Source: a virus (Duplodnaviria > Heunggongvirae > Uroviricota > Caudoviricetes). Taken from it: a stretch of DNA of 64,000 nt. This document shows, piece by piece, positions 21,492-31,078 of this stretch; the stretch's first letter is position 1; each line of letters opens with the position of its first letter. Made by a program: the position numbers and the translations under genes. Location of the stretch: IMG/VR virus record IMGVR_UViG_3300023297_000003, one strand, 5' to 3'. The notes under the pieces are model-generated. The model ran no database searches, was not told where the DNA came from, and was given only the letters and a program-made list of their open reading frames with translations.

Positions 21492-22572
21492 TGAAAACCG
21501 TCTCCCTGAACTTCAACGTGCCTGAGGGCATCGAGACCACGTCCGAGAACCTCGCTGCGATGAGGCAGCTTCTCCTTTCCGCTTTGGCGGAAACCCGTGA
21601 CAATCAGGTGGAGGATTTCCCACAGCTTCGGAAACAACACCCGGAGTTGATAGACGCCCTCCTGACGGAGTGTTGACGTGAGGGCCGTTTTCATCTCCTT
21701 CGAGACTCCCGGTGACGTGGACATCCTCCCGGACGACCCAGCCAAGATGAAACAGCTTCTCCTGGAGGGCCTCATCGACTACAACGTTGGGGTGGCTTTG
21801 ACTCAGGATGAGCTGCGGTGTGTAAACCTTTTGCTGACGGAGAATTAACATGGGTATGTCTACAGACGGCCACATCTGTTTCGGGATATTGTTCCCCGAG
21901 GACCATCCCTTCCCCTGGGAAAATGACGAGGAAGAGGAGTGGTGGGAGGAGCACGGTCCGGGCGGGCCTCTGCCCGTGGAGTTCGTTAACGTGTGCAGTG
22001 CTGAGTACCCCCACTACGTCATTGCCGTTCCTTCCACACCTTCCACAAGTCTGATTGCGAACCGGGGATACCCCCAGGCATTCGACCCCTCAGCCTTGAC
22101 GGTGACCCAGGAAGAAACCGAGGTGCTCATCCGTTTTTGCCAGGACCATTGCCTCAGCGAGATGGACCTGGTGTTTGACAAGCCGGTCGACCTGACCCCG
22201 AAATGGTATCTCGGCAGCTACTTGGGCTGATCGATGCTTCCTTGGATCCAAACGGGGTAGTCCAAAGTGGACAGCCCGGTATTTCAAACTCCAGGAACAG
22301 ATCGAAACGTTGGAGTGGGAAGTCCTCCACAAAGAAAAGGAGCCGTCATGTTCGCAATCCTGATCAAAGGCAAATGGTGGAAGGTGCCCCCACGGGAGGG
22401 ACACGCCACGCCCGTCACGCTGATGGATGTTCCCTGGTCAATCTCCCTGGCGCACGGTGCCGACATCATCTATGACATGGATACGGGGACGTGCCTCAAA
22501 GGATGGCCCCACCCCGACCTCGGGTGCATCCCCGTCATGCAGGGCTTCACACCGGAGACAGGTCCTCGTTAG
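21488..22572 (+). other. Small hypothetical ORFs (including 21850-22230)
   Basis: Co-oriented short ORFs with RBSs. Confidence 0.55.
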
Positions 22573-22601
22573 CCCACCCGAGTCTCTTCTCGTTAGGCTG
22601 G

Positions 22602-22640
22602 CTATAAGGCCACCTCATTGTAGAAATGGAGGTGGCCTTA
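22602..22640 (+). promoter_or_regulatory. CTATAA box overlapping a 12-bp hairpin that sequesters the RBS and the A of ATG
   Basis: TAAGGCCACCTC (22605-22616) pairs with GAGGTGGCCTTA (22629-22640). Confidence 0.7.
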
Positions 22641-22960
22641 TGAGCCTACGCAAAGAGATCCTGAAACTCGCCAAAGCGAACCCCGATGGCATCCGTGCCC
22701 ATCTCGTTCCTATCCTGAAGGAAGCCGTCGCAGACAAGATCTGGAAGATGATCGGGGATCTGAAGAAGACCCCTGACGGTTCCATGACCCTGCGGGTTGG
22801 GATGCGAAGCGGCGGGAACGCCTCCACGCTCTGGCGCAAATTCCAGATGGCCAACCAGCAGCGCAAGCTCCAGGTGACCTTCGATGACACGGCACTGATC
22901 CTGACGCTCAACAGCGGCAGGGGTCCGGCACCGACGATGGATGAAGAGCCTCAGTTCTAG
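22640..22960 (+). CDS. Hypothetical protein (MSLRKEILKLAKANP..IRAHLVPILKEA), candidate late/virion protein
   Basis: GGAGG RBS; isolated gene between convergent blocks. Confidence 0.7.
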   Translation: MSLRKEILKLAKANPDGIRAHLVPILKEAVADKIWKMIGDLKKTPDGSMTLRVGMRSGGNASTLWRKFQMANQQRKLQVTFDDTALILTLNSGRGPAPTMDEEPQF

Positions 22961-23744
22961 GCACTGTCCTCTTCGTCGTCGTTGTCCGTCTCCGTTTCCC
23001 ACAGATTTCCCACAGGGAAGCTGAAAGTATCATGGTCATAGTCCGAGCACATGGCGAGGCGCATCAGGCAGTGGACGTGAACCTCGCCATCCTCGAAGGT
23101 GATGTGATCGACCTCGGGACGGTAAACCGCTCCCTTCCTGAATTCCCGGTCGTTGTCCCACCGTGCCCAGAAACGCTTTTCGGCCAGGACCTGAAGCGAT
23201 GCCGATGCCTCCAGCATCGCTTCGACCTGGGCCTTCGTGTACCCGCTCACGGGGTGCTCCCGTCGAGCACGTCGGGGTGCTTCTTGGCAAGCTCCTGAAG
23301 CTGTTTGCGTTCGGCCTTCTCCCGTTCCTTCCGGCGACGTTCCTCCGCCGCTTCCAGTTCCTTTTTGCGACGCTCCTCGGCCTCCTTCTGCCGCCGAGCC
23401 ATGTCCACCAAGACTTCCATCTGGTCCTGCCAGAGGTAGGACAGGGGGAACTCGAAGGTGTGGTTGTCGTAACCGCAGCAGCCACACCCGCAAGCCCTGG
23501 CCTCGCAGTAAATGAAGACCGTGTCCGCATAGAAGTTGATGTTGTTGATGGAGGGAGTATGGAGGAACTCTCTCCCTTCGTAGTCCTCCTCATCCTTCGC
23601 CGCATCATCCTCATCCCATTCGAGGCAGCGGAACCTGGGGTCGGCGTGATACCGATCCCAGAAATAGTCCTGGGCCAGTTTGTTGAGCTTGTCCTGCCCT
23701 TCGACCATTGCCCGGATCTGTTCCTCGGTGTACTCAGCGTTCAT
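22957..23744 (-). other. Two tandem paralogous hypothetical ORFs (23247-23744, 22957-23250)
   Basis: Shared YT..Q..AM..L..LA...FW.R...D..FR and HxTFxFP..LW patterns. Confidence 0.7.
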
Positions 23745-23795
23745 GATGCCACCGCCTTTAGGTTCCCCAGGGGATCCCCGTTGTCAACACACCAT

Positions 23796-23823
23796 CTACT
23801 CTGTCCGGCCCAGCGATGATCCA
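23796..23823 (-). promoter_or_regulatory. Promoter-like motif TGGATCATCG-N12-GAGTAG
   Basis: Motif match; also one arm of an 11-bp inverted repeat (23811-23821 / 23830-23840). Confidence 0.7.
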
Positions 23824-23907
23824 CCAATCGATCATCGCTGACTTTGGGAGAGACGGTGAAAGGACAATACGGAGTAGAAGGAACGTGATTAGCGGCGGCT
23901 GGTAGGT

Positions 23908-24363
23908 CTATTTGCCGGGTGGTGTCTCGCCCGTGAGTAAGAAGTAGATCAGCGCCGCCAGTATCGTAAGCACTGCCGTGCCACCCCCCCCGATCAAACC
24001 ATAACGCATGGCCGTCTTCTTCAGGGTACCCGTTGCTTCCTTCAGAGTCGCAATGTCGGTCACTGCTGTGTCCGTCTTGATGCGAAGGTCCAACAGACCG
24101 ATGTCCTCGATCCGTTGGTTAAATGAGGTCTCGGCCTTCTGGTATGCATCGGTGACGGCCTTCTGGACGGCACCAGGGATGTCGTCCACGGTCTTCTGTA
24201 GTCTCGTGACCTTATCGCAGAGAGACTTGTAGTCTCGGCTGGTGGTCCTGTCAGTCTCTATCTTCTCAACCGACTCCTTCAGGTGTTCTAGAGCTTGGGT
24301 CACTTGTCCTTGCCATTTCCAGAAGGTACGATCCGCATCAATGGGGGGTGTGCCAGTCATCAT
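23908..24363 (-). CDS. Coiled-coil protein with C-terminal TM helix (holin-like or membrane anchor)
   Basis: Helical repeat pattern followed by GLIGGGGTAVLTILAALIYFLL. Confidence 0.55.
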   Translation of the reverse strand: MMTGTPPIDADRTFWKWQGQVTQALEHLKESVEKIETDRTTSRDYKSLCDKVTRLQKTVDDIPGAVQKAVTDAYQKAETSFNQRIEDIGLLDLRIKTDTAVTDIATLKEATGTLKKTAMRYGLIGGGGTAVLTILAALIYFLLTGETPPGK

Positions 24364-24888
24364 CTACTCCACGGGTATTAGCTTGAGTTTGACGCAGTCA
24401 ACAGCGACAGAAGCAGAAGCAGCGCAACGACCAGATCGGTGTAGGAGACAGAACCGTGGCTCTTTGGAACCCTTTTCCTCCTCTCGTAGCACAAAGTTTT
24501 GCTCGGGGGGTGCGAGAAGAACCCAACCAGAACAAGGGCCATCCTCAGGTTTACAGAGCACCTCGTGGGGAGTGTTGGCACGGACAATGAGGCTGTCCCC
24601 AGGTCGGGACAACACAGTGGTCCCCTCCTCGGTTTTACAGATGAATTTCCCACCCCTCAGAAGTCCAATGGTTTCGATTACGTCCTTGTGTACGTGCTTG
24701 GGGAAGGTGGTAGGCTCTACCCCCTTGTAGTCCCACAACAGAAGCATGACGTGTCCGTTGCAGAAAGCCGCTGAGATAGTCATCCCATGGAGGTTGAAGG
24801 ACAATTCGTCCTCGGGCAACGCCGTATCCAATGCATCGGATAGCGTTCGCAACTCCTGGAACAGCACCTCTCGTTCTAACTCGGCCAT
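24364..24888 (-). CDS. Cupin-fold protein
   Basis: FPKHVH...E...LLRGG....EEG..VL..PGDSLIV.ANTPH. Confidence 0.7.
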   Translation of the reverse strand: MAELEREVLFQELRTLSDALDTALPEDELSFNLHGMTISAAFCNGHVMLLLWDYKGVEPTTFPKHVHKDVIETIGLLRGGKFICKTEEGTTVLSRPGDSLIVRANTPHEVLCKPEDGPCSGWVLLAPPEQNFVLREEEKGSKEPRFCLLHRSGRCAASASVAVDCVKLKLIPVE

Positions 24889-24987
24889 GCCACACCCCAG
24901 TGCCTCCAGCAGTCTAAGCGTCGAGCGGCGTTTGAACCTCTACTGGAGGGGCACTATTGAAGGGAAAACGGGGCCGGGTGTCCTTTT

Positions 24988-25015
24988 GGGATCATCTCCT
25001 CCGACCCCAGAGTAG
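24988..25015 (+). promoter_or_regulatory. Promoter-like motif GGGATCATCT-N12-GAGTAG
   Basis: Exact motif upstream of ATG 25032. Confidence 0.8.
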
Positions 25016-25031
25016 TAGAGGTGAGGGGCAA

Positions 25032-25817
25032 ATGACCCTGAAGGAGAACGAGATGAAAACCAACGCCAACAGCAAACTGCTCGCCGTCATGCTCGAAAAG
25101 GCTCACGCTGGTTTCACCGGATTGCAGATCACAAAAAAGGGAACGGTCCGGGGCGGTCTCGTGTACGGAGATGAAAGGGTTTGGGTTACACTCATTACGG
25201 GGTTCCACTATGATCGCCTCGTGCAGCGCAGTCTGAATGTCCTCCCGGACGTGTGGGCCACGGACATGATCACCAAGGCCGCAGCCGAGGGCCACACAAT
25301 CACGGTAGCGGACGTTGAGCAGGCACGGGGCGAGTTGATTGCCTCCTTCGAGAGGAGCCTCGCCGGGAACAACACCTCGGACAGCACCGCAACCAACAGT
25401 CACGTATTCGAACCGCTGGTGGTTGACGGGGAGACCGTCCGGGGGAGCAAGGTCTATCATTGCGTAAAGGGAACACGGGACAGGAATGGAGCCTACCGGA
25501 TGTGCCACTGCCGGAACTGTACGGGAGAACCCCGTGCCGCCTTGCCGGGAACCATTTATCTCCACGCTCTCAAGACACATTCCAAGGTGCTGGAACCTGC
25601 CCCAAATGGTCCAATCCCGGAGCCCAACAGCAAACCCAAAACCATCGCCAAGAACACCCTGCGGTCAATGCTCCCGGTCAGCCGCTACGTCAGCTATGTC
25701 CTGGAGCCGGGTACAGGCTTCATTCTCGCTGCAGGCGGGGTGGCGAAAATCATGGCAGCGGAAAATGGCTTCATTGCAACCGACGAGGTTGTCCAGATCG
25801 TACAGCAGGTGATCTGA
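25032..25817 (+). CDS. Hypothetical protein, paralog of 27871-28689
   Basis: Shared KKG.VRGG..YGD, TGFHY..LV.RS, PRA..PGTIY, EPAPNG, LPV..YV.Y. Confidence 0.8.
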   Translation: MTLKENEMKTNANSKLLAVMLEKAHAGFTGLQITKKGTVRGGLVYGDERVWVTLITGFHYDRLVQRSLNVLPDVWATDMITKAAAEGHTITVADVEQARGELIASFERSLAGNNTSDSTATNSHVFEPLVVDGETVRGSKVYHCVKGTRDRNGAYRMCHCRNCTGEPRAALPGTIYLHALKTHSKVLEPAPNGPIPEPNSKPKTIAKNTLRSMLPVSRYVSYVLEPGTGFILAAGGVAKIMAAENGFIATDEVVQIVQQVI

Positions 25818-26637
25818 TGAAGGGCACTGACAAACACCAGTGTAAATGGTGCAAGCAAAGGAAAGCGGTCTCCTCTGTCCGAGGGCGAAACTTCCGGTGG
25901 CGGCAGGATCACCCTCTCTGTTTCCAGTGTTACCGTTCACTACAAGAACGTCTGAAGCAACAATTGATCGTAGCCCAAACCCAGGAACAGGTGGCTGTCT
26001 GATGGTTACATTCATCCAGATCGTCCTGAGCTGGTTTGTGGTCGGGGGGTTTGTCCAGATGCTGTTGTTCCTCGCAGGACTGGCTGGGAGTTACACCCGA
26101 GGACCCGAGTACGCCACCTGGGTGAACGAGCACCCCCACAGGCCCAAGGACAGACCGATGACCCCGAAGACCCTCTTCCTTCTCCTGGGGATGTGGCCGG
26201 TCTTCCTGTTCATCTTCCTCAGGGCATGTCAGGCACACCAGACCCCTGACGAGTGGGTGCTGCGGACAGCAGAGCGACAGGACCAACGACAACGAGACCA
26301 GATCGAAGCTGCTGTGGTCCGTATCCATTGGTGGAGTAATTTCACTACCAGGATAGCCACCGAGGGCAACCCCTTGATCTACGTTCGGACGGTGTTTTAC
26401 AAAGACGGTTCCGGGGCCACCACCCACATGGTTCTCGGAGGCCCTGACAGCGTGTACCTGCCCGTGAGGCTGTCAGACCAGGACCGACCGCTAGTTGCAC
26501 CAATGAAACCTGTGCGGACGTTAGACGCAGCCAAGCGGCTGTGTGACGAGGACATCAAATGGTTGACAGCATGCCTTCCTGGGAACGAGGTTTCGAGGAG
26601 TGTCCTGTCCCGTCAAAGCAAGGAGATCCCCATATGA
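25817..26637 (+). other. Small zinc-ribbon ORF (25817-26002) and a two-TM membrane protein (26002-26637)
   Basis: CKWC..CFQC; two hydrophobic segments. Confidence 0.65.
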
Positions 26638-27206
26638 CCGCTTCCAACAGATGCCCCCTGTGTGGCAACCCTCAGATCGGCTGTAACCTGGACTGTTCCC
26701 ACTGTCGTGTGGTGGCCCGGAAGAACTACCGGGGCCGTCCAACGAAGATCAACCTCTACCTGGATGACGTCCGGGGTTGTCCCTTTCCCGGCGACACGGA
26801 AGGTCCCTGGTACGAATCAAGACACATGAAGATCATCCCAGACGAACCAGGTGAGGGTATCGATTGGTTCGTCGTCCGCACCTACGCACGGTGCATCGAG
26901 ATGCTCCAGCAGGAGGCCATCGGGACCCTGTCCCTGGACCACGACATCGCTGACTACAGTCCCGAGAAGGGGCGTGAGGTGACGGGATATGATGTCCTGT
27001 GCTGGCTGGAAGAGCAACTCGATCGAGACATCAATTTCCCGATCCCGAACGATATCAGGGTCCACTCCGCCAACCCGGTAGGACGGAAGCGCATGGCCTC
27101 TGTGATCGAGCGGCTGGCCCGGAAACGGGATCTGCTGGCACGGATGAACAGACGACAGGAAGACACCCCCTCACCAAGTCGGTGGGGAAATGGGCTGAAC
27201 AAGTGA
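26634..27206 (+). CDS. Cyclic-phosphate-processing receiver (cREC)-like domain protein
   Basis: LYLDDVR.CP, VRTY, LSLDHD, TGYDVL.WLEE, VHSANPVGR..M. Confidence 0.8.
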   Translation: MTASNRCPLCGNPQIGCNLDCSHCRVVARKNYRGRPTKINLYLDDVRGCPFPGDTEGPWYESRHMKIIPDEPGEGIDWFVVRTYARCIEMLQQEAIGTLSLDHDIADYSPEKGREVTGYDVLCWLEEQLDRDINFPIPNDIRVHSANPVGRKRMASVIERLARKRDLLARMNRRQEDTPSPSRWGNGLNK

Positions 27207-27222
27207 GCAAACGATAGGTACC

Positions 27223-27250
27223 GGGATCATCTGACCGACCTACAGAGTAG
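27223..27250 (+). promoter_or_regulatory. Promoter-like motif GGGATCATCT-N12-GAGTAG
   Basis: Exact motif upstream of the macro domain gene. Confidence 0.8.
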
Positions 27251-27291
27251 TCTAGGTGAGGGCAAAGGACCCCCGCAAGGAGACACGCAAA

Positions 27292-27864
27292 ATGAGGCTG
27301 CATTACTACCGGGGGAACATCGTCCACGCACAGGTGGACGCCATCGTGAACGCTGCCAACCCCAGGATGCTTGGCGGTGGGGGGGTCGACGGGGCCATTC
27401 ACCGAGCGGCGGGTCCGGGGCTGAGGGCTGCGTGCAGGGAGTTCCCCGAGTTGGAACAGGGTGTCCGCATTCGGGTCGGACAGGTTCGGACGACCGAGGG
27501 CTTCGACCTGGACGCCGATTTCGTCATCCACACGGCGGGGCCGATCTTCGCTGGGTACGGCATACGAAGCCTCCGACCGGGCGAGCGGGTCGAACCCCGG
27601 CCCCTCAATGAACTCATGCACTGCATCGTCAACTGCCTGAAGGAAGCGGCCCGGATCGGAGCCAACAGGGTCGCCTTCCCCGCCATCTCAGCAGGGGTCT
27701 ACGGGGGCAGCGTGTCGGCCTTTGCCCACGCCCTCCACGAGGCCATGAAACAGGAAGCCCGCCTCCCCATCGAGGAGGTCCAGGTCGTCCTGTTCCAGGA
27801 CAACGAGTTCCAGGAGTTTAGCGACTGGCAGGAAACAGCGGACGACGCTCCGCCCATCCCCTGA
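27292..27864 (+). CDS. Macro domain ADP-ribose hydrolase (MacroD/YmdB-like)
   Basis: VDAIVNAAN..MLGGGGVDGAIHRAAG, VIHTAGP, AFPAISAGVYG. Confidence 0.95.
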   Translation: MRLHYYRGNIVHAQVDAIVNAANPRMLGGGGVDGAIHRAAGPGLRAACREFPELEQGVRIRVGQVRTTEGFDLDADFVIHTAGPIFAGYGIRSLRPGERVEPRPLNELMHCIVNCLKEAARIGANRVAFPAISAGVYGGSVSAFAHALHEAMKQEARLPIEEVQVVLFQDNEFQEFSDWQETADDAPPIP

Positions 27865-27870
27865 GCAGGG

Positions 27871-28689
27871 TCACGGGGCGATCTTGAACAGGGACCGGAT
27901 AGCTTCAGGATCGATGGGAACGCCCGCTTCCTTTGCGTGTGCCGACGCTTCCTTCCCCACCTTGCATGTGACCAGCTTCTCCCGATCCAGGCTGTAACGG
28001 ACGTACAGGCCCACAGGGAGGCGTTTGCGGATAATCTCCTTGGCCACGGTCTTGGCACTCTGCTTCGGAGACCATTTACCGTTCGGTGCAGGCTCCCGGA
28101 CGATTTCCCCGAGCTTCACCCCATCAATATAGATGGTACCCGGAGTAGGTGCCCTGGGGTTCCCCTCCTCCCCTTCTCCGACGTAGACCTTGGCCCCCAA
28201 GATGACGTTGCCGTCCACCTTGAGCGTCTCGAAGACGGGCTTGGACACGGGAGGACCACCCAGCGTAGTACCCTCGTCCATCTCCTTCCCCGGAAGAGTC
28301 AAAGGTTCCACCCCCGAGTCCAGCATCCTGTCAGCCTTGAGACCCCCCATTACCTCCCTGAAGTTGTCCTGAATTTCCTGAACAGCTTCGGAAACGTCCC
28401 GGATTGTAGCCTCCAGGTGCCCTGTGGCGTGAACCTCACCGAGAAGATCAGTAAGAAAATGGCCCCTCCACTCCGCTGTGAGCTTGGCGTTGCTCCGCTC
28501 TACCAGCGCCTGATAATGGAATCCCGTCCACATGAGAACTTGGACGAAGTCGTCACCGTAGATCTGTCCGCCCCGGACGACCCCCTTCTTCCGTAGGGTG
28601 AGGGACACCAACGTTCCCTGACCAAGGGAACCGATGTCAGTCAAAGTCTGGGCCATTTCCGTATCCGTTGCAATCACTTGTGTCGTCAT
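27871..28689 (-). CDS. Hypothetical protein, paralog of 25032-25817
   Basis: Same shared motifs as 25032-25817. Confidence 0.8.
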   Translation of the reverse strand: MTTQVIATDTEMAQTLTDIGSLGQGTLVSLTLRKKGVVRGGQIYGDDFVQVLMWTGFHYQALVERSNAKLTAEWRGHFLTDLLGEVHATGHLEATIRDVSEAVQEIQDNFREVMGGLKADRMLDSGVEPLTLPGKEMDEGTTLGGPPVSKPVFETLKVDGNVILGAKVYVGEGEEGNPRAPTPGTIYIDGVKLGEIVREPAPNGKWSPKQSAKTVAKEIIRKRLPVGLYVRYSLDREKLVTCKVGKEASAHAKEAGVPIDPEAIRSLFKIAP

Positions 28690-28710
28690 TTGCTGCACCT
28701 CCTGTCTGTA

Positions 28711-28758
28711 CTACTCCATCGGGAAACGAAGGGATCATCTGAGAGGCCCACTGAGTAG
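28711..28758. promoter_or_regulatory. Divergent motif pair sharing a single GATC: CTACTC-N16-GATC-N16-GAGTAG
   Basis: Symmetric geometry about GATC at 28733-28736; divergent genes on both sides. Confidence 0.75.
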
Positions 28759-28779
28759 ACTTGGTAGGAGGGTCTGACT

Positions 28780-29112
28780 ATGGCGGAAAAGGACGACACC
28801 AAAGAACTGAAGATGTGGTACGCTTTTGGGTTTCGGTCTCCCACGCAGTCACACCACCTCTATGAGGGGCGTATCGAGGCCGAGACCATAGAGGACGCCT
28901 TCGACTTCGTGTTCCGCCACGCTGACAACAGGAACAGGTTCAAACGCTATGTCGGTTTTTGGGTGCAGGAAAACATGATGAGCCGCACAGGGGATCTGCG
29001 TGTCGGATGGATCACCCCCTCAAGATACATGTCCCCCTCCTACCAGTGGAGATTACGAAAACCCGAAGACGTCCCGTTGAGGACGGAGGTGACAGCAAAT
29101 GAAAACCCCTGA
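28780..29112 (+). CDS. Hypothetical protein, first gene of the helicase operon
   Basis: RBS after the motif; overlaps the helicase start. Confidence 0.65.
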   Translation: MAEKDDTKELKMWYAFGFRSPTQSHHLYEGRIEAETIEDAFDFVFRHADNRNRFKRYVGFWVQENMMSRTGDLRVGWITPSRYMSPSYQWRLRKPEDVPLRTEVTANENP

Positions 29113-31078
29113 AACTCGTACCTTGCGCCCCTATCAGCAGGACTGTTTCCGGCACTTGTTCCGGCACGTCACCAACGGGAGACGAGAGGTAGTGCTGAGT
29201 GGTCCCACCGGAAGCGGCAAATCCCTCATGGTGACCTATCTGGCCGAACGGTTGCTCAACACGGAGATGTTTCGGTTAGCCGTTGTTCTCGCCCCACAGT
29301 GTCAGATTTCGGATGCCTTCATCTATGAGGGAGACCTGAAGATCCGCCCCAGCGAGGAAGTACCCCAGGGAAGAGTGTCTGTTGGGGGGCCACTCACGGT
29401 AGCGGCCCTTCAGTGGTTCCAAGTTCGGGATGGTAAGCGCCGGGAGTACCTCAAAGATCACGTCAGAAGTGTCCGCCCGGTTAACCGGGTGCTGGTCACG
29501 ACACATATGGCGGCGGCAGTCTGGTTTGCCCCTGACCTTCTCCCCAAGGACATGACCGGGCGTCTCCTGATCGTGGACGAGGCACACCACACAGCCCCCG
29601 AGAACGGTGTGGGTACCTTCGTCAAGGAGTGGCAGACCCGAGGGGGCACAGTCATTCACGTGACTGCCACGCCCTTCCGCACGGACGGTGATACCCTTAT
29701 TGATGACAACGCCCCCCGCTGGGACCGCACGCTGGCATCCCACATGGAGGGAGGCCAGTACGCACCGGGGCAGCTTTCTTTCCGCACACATCCTCTGGGC
29801 ATAAAGGCGAACACGACGAATCAGCTTGCTGGCGAGTCCATGACCAGTACTGCCCCACTCCAAACCTGTATCGACATCGTGGACTTGTGGGTCAAGGACA
29901 AGCGCCCCAAGGCTGTCATCATCGTCCCCGCTAACAGTGCCGATGCGTGGTCTAAACGGCTGGAGGACGAGTTCACCAGGCAGGGAGCGAGGGTACACAA
30001 CGCCATCAAGGGGGGGCAACGAGCCACCGACGCCCTCAAGCACCTCCTCCGAAAGGAACGTCGGGTCCGAGCCTACGAGGACTCCACCGTAGACGTGATC
30101 CTTGCCTGTGCCCGGTTCAATGAGGGAACCGACTGGCCCCTGTGCAGCCATGTCTACAACATCGGCCTGACCAGTTCCTTCGTCCGCATCCTTCAACGCC
30201 TGGGGCGGGCGTTGCGCTTCAAGGGAGCCATCGATGGCTACCCCGAGGAGCACAAGAACACGGCCACCTTCACCTTCCTGGTACCCTGTGTGACCGAGAA
30301 CTTGTTTGCCCAGTTCGAACAGCAGCACCAGGATCATGCCTTCCTGACGGCGTGCTTCATGGCGGATTTTAGTGTCGGCCAGGACTACATCCTGGGGGAC
30401 ATCCAGCGACGTTTGGAGGACATCGGGCACAAGCGTCAGGGCAAAAAGCATCGCCCGGCGGAGGAAACCTGGGAGGATGTCACCCAGTTCATCGGGGCTG
30501 ATGTTCAACAGTGCCGGGAGGCCATGGGTCTCATGGTCAAGGCCGTTATCCTTCTCCGTGAGAGTGGGGTCAAGAAACCGACCAACAAAGAGGTGGCCCA
30601 CTACCTGAGGACAGCGATGCGGTTGTCCAAGGAGCAGATGGAACAGGCTGAACGAGCACTGGCGTACAGCATCCTCAAAAAACAAACCCGAGCCTTCTCC
30701 TACTTTCACAAGACCCTGTGGAGGAAGGCCCAGGGCGGGGATTTGTCTGACTACCGCATCATCCGAGAGGAGTTGAGGCCGGTCTTCGACGCAGTGATCC
30801 AAGAGTTCGAAGGGGCGACGGCGGACATTGGTCAGGCGGACAGGGTCGTTGACTTCCTGTCCCGTTTCGAGGGCAGGACAGCGAAGCAGGTCGCTGAACG
30901 TCTGAAAGCTGCGATACCTCCGCCACAGTTCACCTTGGCTCAGATAGATGACGCCTTGATGTCCTACTTTGAGGAGCACAAAGTTGAACCCCCTATTGAT
31001 AACACCGACGCTTCCCCTCACTTCAAGCTCCCCCCGATCACAATCAACTGGAAGCAGGTCTACGGGCAGATGCCATGA
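29099..31078 (+). CDS. SF2 DEAH-box helicase (ResIII-like)
   Basis: LRPYQ, GPTGSGKS, IVDEAHH, TATPFRTD, NEGTDWP, QRLGRALR. Confidence 0.92.
   Translation: MKTPETRTLRPYQQDCFRHLFRHVTNGRREVVLSGPTGSGKSLMVTYLAERLLNTEMFRLAVVLAPQCQISDAFIYEGDLKIRPSEEVPQGRVSVGGPLTVAALQWFQVRDGKRREYLKDHVRSVRPVNRVLVTTHMAAAVWFAPDLLPKDMTGRLLIVDEAHHTAPENGVGTFVKEWQTRGGTVIHVTATPFRTDGDTLIDDNAPRWDRTLASHMEGGQYAPGQLSFRTHPLGIKANTTNQLAGESMTSTAPLQTCIDIVDLWVKDKRPKAVIIVPANSADAWSKRLEDEFTRQGARVHNAIKGGQRATDALKHLLRKERRVRAYEDSTVDVILACARFNEGTDWPLCSHVYNIGLTSSFVRILQRLGRALRFKGAIDGYPEEHKNTATFTFLVPCVTENLFAQFEQQHQDHAFLTACFMADFSVGQDYILGDIQRRLEDIGHKRQGKKHRPAEETWEDVTQFIGADVQQCREAMGLMVKAVILLRESGVKKPTNKEVAHYLRTAMRLSKEQMEQAERALAYSILKKQTRAFSYFHKTLWRKAQGGDLSDYRIIREELRPVFDAVIQEFEGATADIGQADRVVDFLSRFEGRTAKQVAERLKAAIPPPQFTLAQIDDALMSYFEEHKVEPPIDNTDASPHFKLPPITINWKQVYGQMP

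Noticed and set aside
23790-23803. 14-nt match between the TnpB copy 2 predicted guide and another promoter (self-targeting or regulation)
   Set aside because: The match is largely explained by the shared GAGTAG box; the 5' neighbour (CCGGA) does not fit the inferred GTAY TAM, and RuvC is intact rather than TldR-like.
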